Shown here in pieces: positions 27,440-39,217 of a DNA stretch of 64,000 nucleotides. The position numbers were made by a program, and so were the translations under genes. Position 1 is the stretch's first letter. Each line of letters starts with the position of its first letter. Source of the DNA: Camelus ferus (Eukaryota). The notes under the pieces were generated by a model. That model was not told where the DNA came from and did not search any database. It was given only the letters and a program-made list of their open reading frames with translations. The DNA lies in assembly GCF_009834535.1 (NCBI RefSeq), contig NC_045697.1:111974001-112038000 (forward strand), read 5' to 3'.

Positions 27440-28060
27440 CTTTGTTTTTTGCAATAAACTCAGACTTACATGAAGTTTACAAGAATTGTACAAAAATTCC
27501 CCAAATGTTTATATTTTACCACATTTGCTTTATCTTTCTATTATTATTACTAATACTTTCCAAGCCATTTGAGAGTAAATTGTAGACAGAAAGATCCTTC
27601 ATTCCTAAATATTTCCCTGTGCATTTCCCAAATCATAAATAGCCTCAGCATGATAATTTAGAGCAGGAAATTAGCGTTGATTCATTGTGTTCATCTTAAG
27701 TAAAGACCTTTTTCAAATTTTGCCAGTTTTCCTAATAATTTGATTTACAGCAAAAGCAAAAAGGAAAAGGAAGTCCTTTGCCCAGGACCCGCCCAGAAAT
27801 GTCAATCCATCCATTGTGCCCCCTTAGTCTATAACCCGGAGCAGACCCTTAGCCTTTATTTTTTTTTGTATTTTAAGATGTGGCACTTTGAAGAGTACAT
27901 TTTCCCAGTGAGGTTTGTTTGACATTTCTTCAACATTAGATACAATTTATGCTCTTTGTATTGGAACACAGGAGTCACGTTGAGCACTTCATGGTCGTGT
28001 TAACATCGCTCATTGGGTTACAGTAGTGGCTGACAGGTTTTTCCACTAGAAGGAGATTTT
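27440..28060 (-). mobile_element. Old L1 3' UTR fragment
   Basis: cagacttacatgaagtttacaagaattgtaca...ccatttgagagtaaattgtagaca. Confidence 0.6.
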
Positions 28061-28089
28061 GAGACTACTGGAAAGATCTCAGTTTTTTA

Positions 28090-29061
28090 TTATGGTAGAG
28101 AGTCTGAAGACAGCCACTGTCAGCTCCTTCTGCAACCACCCTGCATGCTGCCCTCCCGTCAGGGGGTAGAATCCAGTCCTCCCTTGAGATGGAGCTGGCC
28201 TTGGTGAACGGTTTGGCCCACAGTATGAGGTGAAAAGGATGTTCTGGTGCTTCTGAGGCTAAATCCTAAGTAGCTTGACAGCTTCCACATGAATCTCTTG
28301 AAAAGTTTGCTCTTTGGATGCTGTGTCTCAGCACTCAGCGACCAGCTGAGAGAAACCCAGGCTACGTGGAGGGGTCACACGCAGGTGCTTGGGTGACAGT
28401 GCTGGCTGAGCTCCCAGGTGACAGCACCAACTGCCAGCCCTTTTACATGACTATTTTAGAGGCTCAGTCCCTGTGATAACTCCAACACCAGACGCCATCT
28501 GACTGCAACCAGAAGGTGGGCCATGGTGAAGAGTACCCAGAGATGGCCTCCATCAGTTACTGCCCTCTCTGTGCATATGCTGCCCCTCATGTCAAGACAT
28601 GGGATCAAATTACTGTCTCCTTGAATCTGGGTTGGACTCAGCGACCCGTCTGACCAACAGAATGTGGCAAAAGAGATGTTCTGGGACTGCTGAAGCTGTG
28701 TTGTAAGATGTCTTACAGTTTCTTCCTGGGTTCTCATTCTTGGAACACTCCCTTTCAGTACCTAGTAACCATGCTGTGAAAAATCTGAGCCACATGGAGA
28801 GATGTAATCAATGTTCCAGTTACAGCCCCAGTTAATAGCCAGTATCAACTGGCACCTGTGAGTGGACCACCTTGCACACGAATCCCAGAAAAACCTTCTG
28901 ATGATTCTAGCTCCAGCCACCCTTGAGCTGTAACCATATGAAAAATACCAAACAAGAACTACCAAGTTGAGCCCAGTCAAGTCGCAAAATTTTTAGAGAT
29001 AATAATTTTTTTTTTAAACCACTAATTTTCATGGTCGTTTGTGGTGCGGTTAACTGAAACA
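28090..29061 (+). mobile_element. Two adjacent MaLR MLT1-type LTR remnants (~28090-28520 and ~28520-29061)
   Basis: Repeated blocks cccttga-tggg/tggagct...gatgttctgg..caccaactgccagc / tatcaactggcacc; ends aaaccacta...taactgaaaca. Confidence 0.7.
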
Positions 29062-29174
29062 CTCATTGCATTTGCACTCATTAGTTTTGGCATGCCTGTT
29101 TATTTCTGAGCCGGTACCAAACTGTTCAACACTGTGGTAGTAGAATACGTCTCAGGGCCAGTTTCCTATCATTA

Positions 29175-29430
29175 CGGAACCCACGTACCACATGGGTCTG
29201 GGGTACATGCCCCAGAGTCAGATTAACTAGATTCAGATCCCAGCTCAACCTCTTGTAAATGTATCCTAGAATGTTAGTTATTATGTGCCTCAGTTTCCTT
29301 AAAAAGCAAGTATAATAAAAAAACATGCATTTTATTTAGTTGTATAGAGGAATTAATGAAATAATTTATGTAAATTGCTTAATGGAGCACCAACCAATTT
29401 ATCAGAGCTCAGTGAATGTTAGCTATGATG
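29175..29430 (+). mobile_element. MIR SINE
   Basis: ttcagatcccagctc...gtgcctcagtttcctt...gaggaattaatgaaataat...gctcagtgaatgttagcta. Confidence 0.75.
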
Positions 29431-29641
29431 ATTCTTCTTCTTTTTGATTCTTTTAGATCTTTGTAAAGACATTTAATCTCATTAGAAAGTGTTATTTTGT
29501 TAAAACATCCCCTTGATGAAGTTAATTGATATGTTTTTCTATCTTTATTATATTGTTAAAAAGTCTTTGCAGTGCTTTAATGTTTGAAATAGTTTGGATG
29601 AAATATATCAAATAATGTTAGCTTAGCTCTACTATTCTTTA

Positions 29642-29981
29642 CAGAAAGCCCACGGATTTAGATGTTTTATATTCAGAATCTTCTGTTTCAGACAACTTAA
29701 GAGGATTCATATACCCTGTGTTATTTAACACTCTCAGAGGAAAGTCAGGCGAGCGCCCAGTTATCCAATATATTGACAGTTCTACAGTAAAACTTATGAA
29801 TATTTACACTAAGAGGAATGAAAAATGACTAAAAGTAGTCTTGCATCCACAGGGGTCACGTTTTATTACCAGATGAATCCAAGTCAGGTCATGTTTCAGT
29901 GCCAAATTAATTATAGAAAAAAATTTCCTTTTTCAGAGTTGTTGGATTTTGAAATTGCAAATAAAAGACTGTGGAGCAGCG
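29642..29981. mobile_element. TcMar-Tigger fossil (MER46C-like)
   Basis: ~340 bp ending ttttcagagttgttggattttgaaattgcaaataaaagactgtgg, TA on both flanks. Confidence 0.6.
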
Positions 29982-31294
29982 TACTTTCTTTGTGTGCGAA
30001 CTTCTTTGTGTCTGAACTCTTTGTGTGTGTTATGCATAATAACCTCTTCCTTGGAACCTCCACGTAGGAATCATTAGCTGGGGTGCAGAAGTAAACAGAC
30101 TTGCCCAGAATGGTACACAAAGTGACTGGGAAACATCTGGCTGGATGTCTTGGAACACTCATTCTTAGAAACCACACGTATGCATTTTTTCTCATTGCTT
30201 TCATTTTTTCATTACTCTTGAGATTGTTTTTTATCCCCTCTCAAATAAGAGAAAACTAAAAACTAAAATCAATTGCTGAAGTTCTCTCTTGCAAAACAAC
30301 ATAAATGCTGCCAAATCTAGAAAACCTAGTAAGATATAGAGCCAATAATTTGAACAGAGTATCACAAACCTAAAAAAAAAAAAACTGATTCAATTTATGA
30401 TTCAAATTCTCTTGGGAAAAAAAATAGAGAAGCTGGTGAAAATGCCAATTTGGTGATTTCTTTTTTGAGTAACACCAACTGTTAACAAAATGTAGAATAA
30501 TATATCATTGGATAGAGGCTTATAGTAACCAGGAATATTTTTTCTCAAATATTCAAATTTAAAGATATAGATCCACAGACCTGTAAATATTCCTTGGGTA
30601 TTATTAAAAAGATGGCCAGAGCTTTATGCTTATCTCTTATCTTATGGCTTTGGGGAGAACTTGGAGACTGCAGTTTATGCAGGTGGATGTGAATAAAGTA
30701 GAGGGTAATGAAAGCAATAGAACTGATCAGAGAGGTAGAAATGTGGTCTATATATTTTCAGTGAATACACAGAGCTAGAGAAAAATGTGACACTTGTTCA
30801 GCAACAACAACAAGAACAACAGTGGTCCTTAAACTTTTTATCCTAGAATTTGATAAACGTATAGTTCCTCTCCCCTATGAGATGTATTGACGTATATCTA
30901 AATTTTGCACATCATTTTATAGATGATTTACATATTAATTAACTCACCCAGTGTCCCTTCATGCCTGGTTTAAATAAAACCCGATAATTATCCAAGCTGG
31001 GATGTAAGTCTTGCCCTTCCTGCTCCCATCTAACATTCTTAAAAAGAAAAAGATGTAAAAGAAAGAAAGAAATGGCTGTGGCATTCAATGGTAATGCTTG
31101 TTATGGCTTAATTTTAGAATTTTAGAACATCCTGACTATTCTGACTCTTGGGAAGGGATTAAGAGAAAATTTCTTTAAAATTATATAATTTTTTATTAAG
31201 TTATAGAATTAATATAACATTGTAGGCAAGTTAAAAGATGAAAAATTATTTAACCGGCTTTCTGTGCACACTTTGATGCAAAATACGTGAGGGA

Positions 31295-31510
31295 CATTAA
31301 GAGGTACAAAATTCCAGTCACAGAGTAGATGAGTTCACAGGGATGAAATGTTCAGTGTGAGAAATATAGTCAAGAACATTGTACTATCCTTGTATGGTGA
31401 GAGATGGTACCTAGACATTAGTGTGACCATTTTGCAACACATAGTAAGATCAAAACACTGTGTTGTGTTGTGTTCCTGGAAATAACACAGTGCTGTAGGT
31501 CAATAAAGAA
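31295..31510 (+). mobile_element. L1 3' UTR fragment
   Basis: aagaggtacaaaattccagt...ttgtatggtgagagatggta...tgtaggtcaataaa. Confidence 0.75.
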
Positions 31511-31739
31511 ATACATTTAAATGAATTCATGAGAAAAATTAAAATCTTTCTATGAAAAAAAAATATCGCTCAGAGGATCCCAATTAAAGTTTGGTTAAGA
31601 AGGGATTCCTTCAGATTCTTGGCACATATTATCAAATTCCTTTATAAAACTAAGATACTAGTAATAAAGAGAGGGCCATGTCACAAATATCACATTGGTA
31701 AACTTTAAAAGATAATTAAAAGCTAAAAGTGGTACCACC

Positions 31740-32120
31740 TGCATGAATGACCCTTGCTAACACATGGATAAGCTTGAAAATATTGATAAAGAAGCTAATC
31801 ACAGAAACCCATATATTATATGATTCCGTTTACATGAAATGTCCGTAATGGGCAAACCCATAGAGATAGAAAGTAGATTGGTGGTTGCCTAGGGCAGGGT
31901 GGTTTGGTGAGAAATACGTGGCTTCTTTTTGGGGTGCTGAAAATATTCAAAAAATGACTGTGTAGATTGTTGTAGAGTTTTGTGAATGTATCAAAAGTCT
32001 TTGAATTGTGCACTTTAAATATATATATATTTATTTATTTGTGGTATGCACTAGGATGTATTGTATGGTATGTGAATTATATCCCAACAAAGTGGTTTAT
32101 AAAAAAAGTGGTTTATAAAA
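31740..32120 (+). mobile_element. L1MB-like 3' end
   Basis: tatgattccgtttacatgaaatgtcc...gaaagtagattggtggttgcc; TSD aaagtggtacc. Confidence 0.8.
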
Positions 32121-32134
32121 AAAGTGGTACCGCC

Positions 32135-32240
32135 TTTTATTTGGGGAGAGGAAAGAATTAGGTTTATTTGTTTATTTTTTAATGGAGGTGCTGGAGACTG
32201 AACCCATGACCTCATGCGTGTGAGGCATGCACTCTACCAC
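32135..32240 (-). mobile_element. tRNA-derived SINE
   Basis: aattaggtttatt...ggaggtgctggagactgaaccc...ctctaccactgagctata. Confidence 0.88.
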
Positions 32241-33357
32241 TGAGCTATATCTTCCTGCCATACCACATTCTTAAGTATTTTTAAATTTTGTTTATCACCA
32301 AATAAGACTGAAAATGTTTCCTTTCTAAATTGTATTTCCACTTTTAAAAGTTTGAACTAATTTAAACAGCACATTTTAAAAGATTTTTTGTTTACAAATG
32401 ATTAAAATAATCTCTATATAGTAACTGCTGTAAAGTGTAAAAAATAAGCACGTCTTTTAACAGAAAAAAAATGTGCTATTGGAAAATGCAACACTTATTT
32501 CAGTCCTTGGGAAAACTGAGCGAACTGTTTTAATATAATATTGAGGCTGTTTTGCATTAAAAATACAACAGATTGAAGAGACGAATAGGCCAGAATAATA
32601 GAAATTATAATCAAATACGAAATACCTTAACTTGGAGACGGTCTGTTCACTGTCATTTTCACTCAGTCCTTCTTTGTAACTGAATCAATATTTTATTGCT
32701 ATTTTACCATTATATTTGAAGTTAATCCTTGTCTTTGGAAATGTAATGGATAGCTTTTTAGAAAAGGGACCTATTATGCTTTCATTAGGTTTAGTACTTT
32801 ATAGATGGGTATGTTTGGAAATATGAACGGTGAATAAAAATAACAAAGGCACAGACACGGAGGCTCCCGGAGGGAGTGGCCTCACTGTGCGCGAACTTAG
32901 TGTCAGCGCCCCGGCAGTTCTTAAGAAAAGTAAAGCAGAAGTACTTCCTTCACCTGCTTTGCAGGCTTATCAAGTGGTGTGATGTGCGGACTCTGAGGGG
33001 TGACATTTATCCAATAATCAGATATTTAACTGCTCTTTGAGGTACTGTTTGGAAATGTGTAATTAACAGCTCAATCTCCAGCTTTATTAGACAAAACCCC
33101 AGGTGACAACAAATTTCAAGTAAATCTCTTTCAGTTCTTCTATGGTATTTTGAACTTCAATTAAATCAAAGGAGTCAGGAAAAGTAAAGAAGTCAGTAAA
33201 AGTAAAAAAGCCTAACATGGGAAGTAGACATTTCAGTAGCGGATTATTTAGGAAAGTAAGCCTTGAACAATTTATTATTCCTTTTAGAATTATGTTCCTA
33301 AGAGATTTTTTTTGCCATTTTCTGCCTGCCACTCTTCCCTGAAATCAAGTTCAGAAT

Positions 33358-33770
33358 GGATGGTAGGCAGAATTCCAAGATTTCCCACCCCACTGGTGTA
33401 CACATCTGCACAATCCGCATACTTATTCCCATAATTAGATGATCATATAGGGCTCTCTTGACTTTAAAATAGAGAGGTTGTCTGACCTAATCACTTGAGT
33501 CTAATAAAAGCTGTTTTCTCCAGCTGGTCACAGAAAAAAAGAAGCTCCAAGTGTGAGACGGACTTGACACATCATCGCTGGCTTAAAGATGGAGGGAAAC
33601 CACGTGGCACAGAATTTCAAGCGGACCCGGGCTGACAGCCAGCAAGGAAATGGGGGCGGAAATCGTACGTTGCAGTTGAGTTCTGCCAAGAGCAAGAATG
33701 AAGTGAATTTTGCCCAGAGCCTCCACACGAGAACTCCGTCTAGCTGATACCTTGATCTCAGACTGGTATT
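33358..33770 (+). mobile_element. MaLR MLT1-type LTR
   Basis: tggtaggcagaattccaagat...gctggcttaaagatggag...gctgacagccagcaaggaaatggg...gctgataccttgat. Confidence 0.8.
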
Positions 33771-34164
33771 TCGGTTTATTAGAGGTGCCTGTACCCAATC
33801 TATTATCACAGTATAGAATCTGGGCTTTAATCTGAGGGAGGAACAGCCTACCTTTTTCCTTCTTCACCCGGTGAACTTCTACTCATCCTTCCTATCTAAG
33901 CTCAGGTGTCACCTCCACCAGGAAGCTGTTCCTGCTTACCTCAGTTTCCGAGGTAACATACACATCAATCAACATGATGTGCTGAGATTCTTGGTTTACT
34001 GATTATCACTCCTCATAGACAATGAATTTTTTTGAGTACAGAGATAGTATATATACATATGTACACATATTGATATATTTATAATGCTTAAAAATTAATA
34101 GGACTCAAAGGTTTATTGATTTCCAGTCTTTTATTTACTATTTACATGAATTCGACTAATAATC

Positions 34165-34300
34165 TTTCTGGCTCTCATTTTCCTCTTAAGTAAAATGGGG
34201 AAGTTAATTATCTGATTGGTATAAAAATTAAATAAGAGGAAACTTATATAAAGCCCATTGCCTTGTATGTAGTGGGTATGCAATAACTATTAGTTCATAA
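34165..34300 (+). mobile_element. MIR SINE fragment
   Basis: ctctcattttcctcttaagtaaaatgggg...caataactattag. Confidence 0.55.
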
Positions 34301-34643
34301 CATCCTCGCTTCAAAGTAACAAGTGATGATTCATATTTATGTATTTATGAAACTTAAACGAAACTAAAATCAAAATACAGTTTCAAACACCTCTGTTTTC
34401 TAACAGCAAACTTCAGATACAGTGGAGAATACAAAGGAAACTCCAGAAATACTACAGTAAAAAGTCAGCCTCTGATTGCGTCGCTGGCTAAGAGGATCAC
34501 AGTCCATGACCACATATGAAGGTTTCTTAAACATATGAAATAAAGAGCAGCAGAATTCATCCGCCTCAAATTAGTGCTGAGAATATCCCCTTCCTGTAAG
34601 CACATTACGTCATCCATCCGTGAGGTGCACTGGCAGAGCATCC

Positions 34644-34657
34644 TCGCTAGGGGGCAC
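34644..34657 (+). promoter_or_regulatory. CTCF core motif
   Basis: TCGCTAGGGGGCAC, one mismatch at position 1, in a locally CpG-containing non-repeat stretch. Confidence 0.55.
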
Positions 34658-35711
34658 CCTTGCTCTGCTCTCACCCCGGTGACAGCGCACACTTGATTTG
34701 CAACGCTGGTACTGTTTTTCATCTTTTAGTAAGTTGCACAAACTTTCTGAGAGGTAGGCTTTTAAGAAAAATGTATCAAATTATTAGATGTAAAGTCAGA
34801 GTTAAGGACTACCTAAAGGAAGCCAAAAAGTGACGCCTCAGAAAGGACAGTTCAGAAGGACACTTTTCTTTCCTATATATATATTCCATGTATACATAAA
34901 TATGTATTTATCAAATGAAAAGCCTCCGTTTTTACCAGTGCATTCAACTACCGTTGTCGTATAAATAAACCAGAAGAAAGCTGATGACGGTTGGCTTGAG
35001 CATGAGGCAGATTTAACATATGCTATTTTATATTATCTCCGGAAAACATAACCACAACTAAAATCTGTAAAATGTTATATATGGCTTTATAAAACATTTT
35101 GCATATTAGTTTCCACAGTTCTAAGAAGTAAATTATTCAGCTATTTTTTAACCCTATTTTATAGAAAAGTTAATGAACTTGTCCAAAGACGAACAGCAAA
35201 TGGGTGGCAGATTCAGGACCTGAGTCCAAGCAGAATAAGTTCTTGGGTTTTTTAAATTATTTTATATATATATAAAGCTATTCTGTGCTCCACCCTCATA
35301 TACCATATGCTTCATTGCTCAACCTAAGGAGGTTTCAGAATTCTGCAAATGAGCCTATGCTGTATTTCTTGAAAGTTCACAAGTCCTATAATTGTTAAAA
35401 TAAATATGACTTAATCTGAGCTCGTGATTAGTGCTTCCTCACTAAGTAACAGTCTAATCTGCATTCATTATTGATCTCATCAGAAAAGAATATCAATACA
35501 TACAATTCTAGTATAAATAAATTACTACCACCATTAACAAGGGTGTGAAAATAGCTTGCTATGGCATCAAAAATAAAGATGCACGAAGAACAGAATTTGC
35601 TCCCTGGACCACTGTGGGTTATGAAAGAACCATCTGCTGCAGAAATTCTGGGCAGTGAACCTCTAAGCTGAATATCATGACAGTAACTCAAATTATCTTT
35701 AGAAACCATGT

Positions 35712-36168
35712 CAGAGGTCGCAGCGTCAAATGCCTCTAGGTGCTAGATCATGATGTGGGACAAGAGTAAGAATTTTTTTTTTCCCCATGAAAGTACTCAG
35801 TCCTCTTAATAGCTTTTATTTTCCAGCTTTCAATAGAGATCAGTAGTGTAAGAAAGATTCACTTTTCTCTTAGCCCTGTTCTAAGAAGAACACACAGGCA
35901 AACAGCACAGCGGTGCCTGGAGCTCTGGGCACGGGAGACATCGTGGAAATGAGGGTGACAGCAATCTGGACGAAACGCTCCCACCTAAGGGTGAGCCTCT
36001 TCTCAGCCTTCACTCTTTGCCAGCTTGAGGGGATGTGGATTCAATCTTACCGTTTTTAGGTGCAGTCTTCTCATTTTTTAGGTTTGAACTAACACAAAAA
36101 TTTTTTAAAAGTGCCAACTAAAGTCTGTGGACAGAATTTGGCCTGTGGGCCACTGGTTTACAGCCACT
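35712..36168 (-). mobile_element. hAT-Charlie fossil (MER102-like)
   Basis: Ends cagaggtcgcagcgtcaaatgcctctagg and gaatttggcctgtgggccactggtttacagccact. Confidence 0.55.
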
Positions 36169-36419
36169 TAGCTGTGCCTTGATTTCTGGGAGAGATCTCT
36201 GACCTAAGGTCCTGTCCAGAGTAATCAATCATCTACCAGACTTCTCTACTGCGATGTTCACAGTCCTCACGTTCCACAAGAACGTAAAGCCAGACCAGTC
36301 TTCTCTGGCAAACCCTCCCTTCTGCTGGTAGAGCATCTGACCACACACCCTTGACTGCTCAGCTGCTCTAGCTCCAAATTGGCAATAACTCTGGACCTGT
36401 CTAGCTTGGTCCATAACCA

Positions 36420-36830
36420 CATTATTCATTCTTCCCCAGTAGCCTGTGCATCTCCACCTGGGCGTGTGTGGAAGGTCCCTGTCATTCTCCACCTGCCCTT
36501 CCTCCTCTGTCACCAGTACCATCTTTTAAACTGAAATCTGATCATGTAAATCCTGAGCTGGAAAACTTTTAGTGACATCCGGTTGATATAAGGACGGAGT
36601 CCCAAGTTTAACGTGGTTTATAACACCTCCATGATTTGGCCCCCATTCAATCATTCACTTGACACCAGGCCAACATCTCCGCTGTTGGCACTACTTTCTG
36701 GGTGTGACTCAAAGCGTTGCTTTTGACACATGTGCACCTATCAACGGATTTACTGTCAGTTTTTCCACTTAACACCTGAGACCTGTCGTGTCCCAGGTGG
36801 TTTTCTAGGTGCTGAGGGAACAAAGGTTCC
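36420..36830 (+). mobile_element. L2 fragment
   Basis: atcttttaaactgaaatctgatcatgt...ctggaaaactttagtgac...catgatttggcccc. Confidence 0.55.
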
Positions 36831-36932
36831 TGTGGTCTCTGTCTCAGTGCTATCATTTATAATAAAAATTGGGACAGAAAAAGGAGATCTTTCCATGACC
36901 AACATTTCCACCATCAGTGGTCCGGTCATATC

Positions 36933-37253
36933 ATTTTTCTTCTCTTTTTTAAAGTAATGTTGAAAATGTGAGTATGAGTGAGTCTTGTGGGTTTTATTTC
37001 AGCTTTTGAAATGTAGTGTCCTACTGTTAATAATATATTCATACTGTTCCGATTTGCAATATGGCCTCAAGTCCCCAAAGGGTGGTGTTGGACTGATTAG
37101 GTAAATGGAAGTTTATATCCGCGAGAGCCACCTGGTAGGGCAGTCTCAGAGCTTCGCTGTGACAGAGCACCTGTCACTCAGTCTCCCCTAGAACATGCCT
37201 CAAACTTCTTCCAGCTCCATAAACTGCACACAAACTCCGTGCCTCCCCTGTAC
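36933..37253 (+). repeat. Left arm of a ~320-bp inverted duplication
   Basis: Reverse complement aligns colinearly with 38895-39217; 37176-37234 matches 38914-38972 at 58/59. Confidence 0.95.
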
Positions 37254-38894
37254 CCCATCACCCCTTTCTCTGCATCGTAAGCGAGCTTCTTGAGCACGTT
37301 TTTCTGTATGCCTGGTGTCGGAAAGACCGTGCCCGGTGCTAGGAGAGGCGGGGTAATCCTGAGCATCGACGTGGAGAGGGATGCAGACAAGGAACGTGAC
37401 CCAGAAGTGCGGAGAAAGGAGGAAAGGCGGAGATGCGGTTGAACAGACCTGGTCCTTAAAACTGTGTCGGGTTTCACAGGGCAGGAAAGGAAACAGATTG
37501 TTCCAGTCGGTGGAATATTCAGGGAGATCTGGCGTGTGAGGGTACATCTTGCGTTCTGGGCGGGGACGGGGTGGGGGCAGCATCGTCTGTGCGGTTCCTT
37601 ATAGCGGGGTGAGGGTGTGGACGGGGACAGGCAGCAGGATCCAGCCGGGCTGAGGTCAGCTCACCGCACAGAGGGTGAGGAAGGAGGTGCTGACAAGGAG
37701 TGGGGCAGAGGCACGCTCTGAGTTCCCAGGTAGACAGCTCCAAGAAATTCAAAGTCACCACTGCGCAGCTGGGAGACCAAGGCCCCTCCCGTTCCCCCAA
37801 CCCCAGCTGCAGCCTTAGATGTGCAGCTGTCCTTCCCGAGCTACAGCATCGCGCTAAGTATGAATCCAGATGGAACAAACAGAAATATCCCTCCCCGCGG
37901 AAGCCGCTAACAATTCCCACGCGCTCTCGGCGCGGAGCGTGCTGGTGGTCCGGCCGGCGGCAGGACACAGCAGAGAAAGGAGCAGAAGCCTGTTCATTTG
38001 CTCTCAGAGGGTTCTAGGAGCACGGGCTTCAGCAGGTTTTAAAAACAAAATTTACAGCTTCAGTAAAACGGATAAAGGCTTCCTCACTGTGACGCGTTGA
38101 AATGTGATTTGACATTCACCAGAGATAAAGTAGACCTAGTGAGCGTCCGCCTGGGGCTCCTGCTGGAGATGGAGATGGTATCGCCTGAGATGAATCCAGG
38201 GCACCATCTTTGAATCAGGATCTGGGTGAGTGGGAGGATGTGGGGAGCAGGTCAAGGGTTCGAGCTTGAAGTGAGCAAAATGAAATAGAATTTAAGTCAG
38301 ATGGCCTTACGGGTTTTTTTAGGTACCGCTGTGCATTTGAAAATCGAGAGAAAGGCGGGAGCAGGGCTTCGAGGGGCCTTAGCTGGCTCCCTTCCATCAT
38401 TCACAGGCTGCATGGCGTCCGTATAGCTGACCCCAATTCTAACAGGGCTACGTGCTCGTTTACTCACAGCAGAATATAAAACAATATGCAATTTCATCTT
38501 CCTTATTTATCTCTTCCCTATCCAATGAGCAGCAGACTTGCGCGTAATGACAGATCCCAGGCATCTAGCCCCAAATGGAGGGTCTGGTTGTGATCCATCA
38601 TTATGACATTTCAGTCTCAGCAAACATGGCCGCTCACAGGGGACACAAAACAGGAGGAGACTTGGAGAGGGCAGGACTTTAGGAGCCATAAATCAATCAG
38701 AGAAGGGGTCGGGGATGGTAGTGATGGAGTACCTCCTCCACCAGCCAGCAGCAGCATGATTTCACCTCAAGCTCAATCAACATTCTTTTATATTGTACTT
38801 TTTTTTTCTTTTAGAACGACTATCTGGAGGTCATATGTCTTTGTCATTGAGGAACTACATGGAGACTTTTACATCAGAGAAAATCTAAGATAGC

Positions 38895-39217
38895 GTACAG
38901 GGGAGGCATGGCATTTGTGTGCAGTTTATGGAGCTGGAGGAAGTTTGAGGCATGTTCTAGGGGAGACTGAGTCATTGCCAACAGCTCTGTCACAGTGATG
39001 CTCTGAGGTTGCCCTACCAGGTGGCTCTTGTGGGTATAATCTTTTATTCACCCAGTTGGTCCAACAACACCCTCTGGGGACTCGAAACCATATTGCAAAT
39101 TGGAAGAGCATCTTCATTATTGACAGCAGAGGACTATATTTCAAAAAAACAAAATAAAACCCACAAGACTCATTCATACTTTCATTTTCAACATTACTGA
39201 AAAAGTGAGACAAAAAT
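38895..39217 (-). repeat. Right arm of a ~320-bp inverted duplication
   Basis: Reverse complement of 36933-37253 (e.g. agtaatgttgaaaatg, tgagtcttgtgggttttattt, agagccacctggtagggca). Confidence 0.95.

Noticed and set aside
37178..38100. Overlapping 76-149 aa ORFs in the GC-rich patch
   Set aside because: Expected from high GC content; no recognisable protein and ORFs occur on both strands.
38815..38850. NDYLEVIC after a strong acceptor, reminiscent of ephrin NDYLDIIC
   Set aside because: The frame stops after 11 codons and no other ephrin similarity is visible; likely chance.
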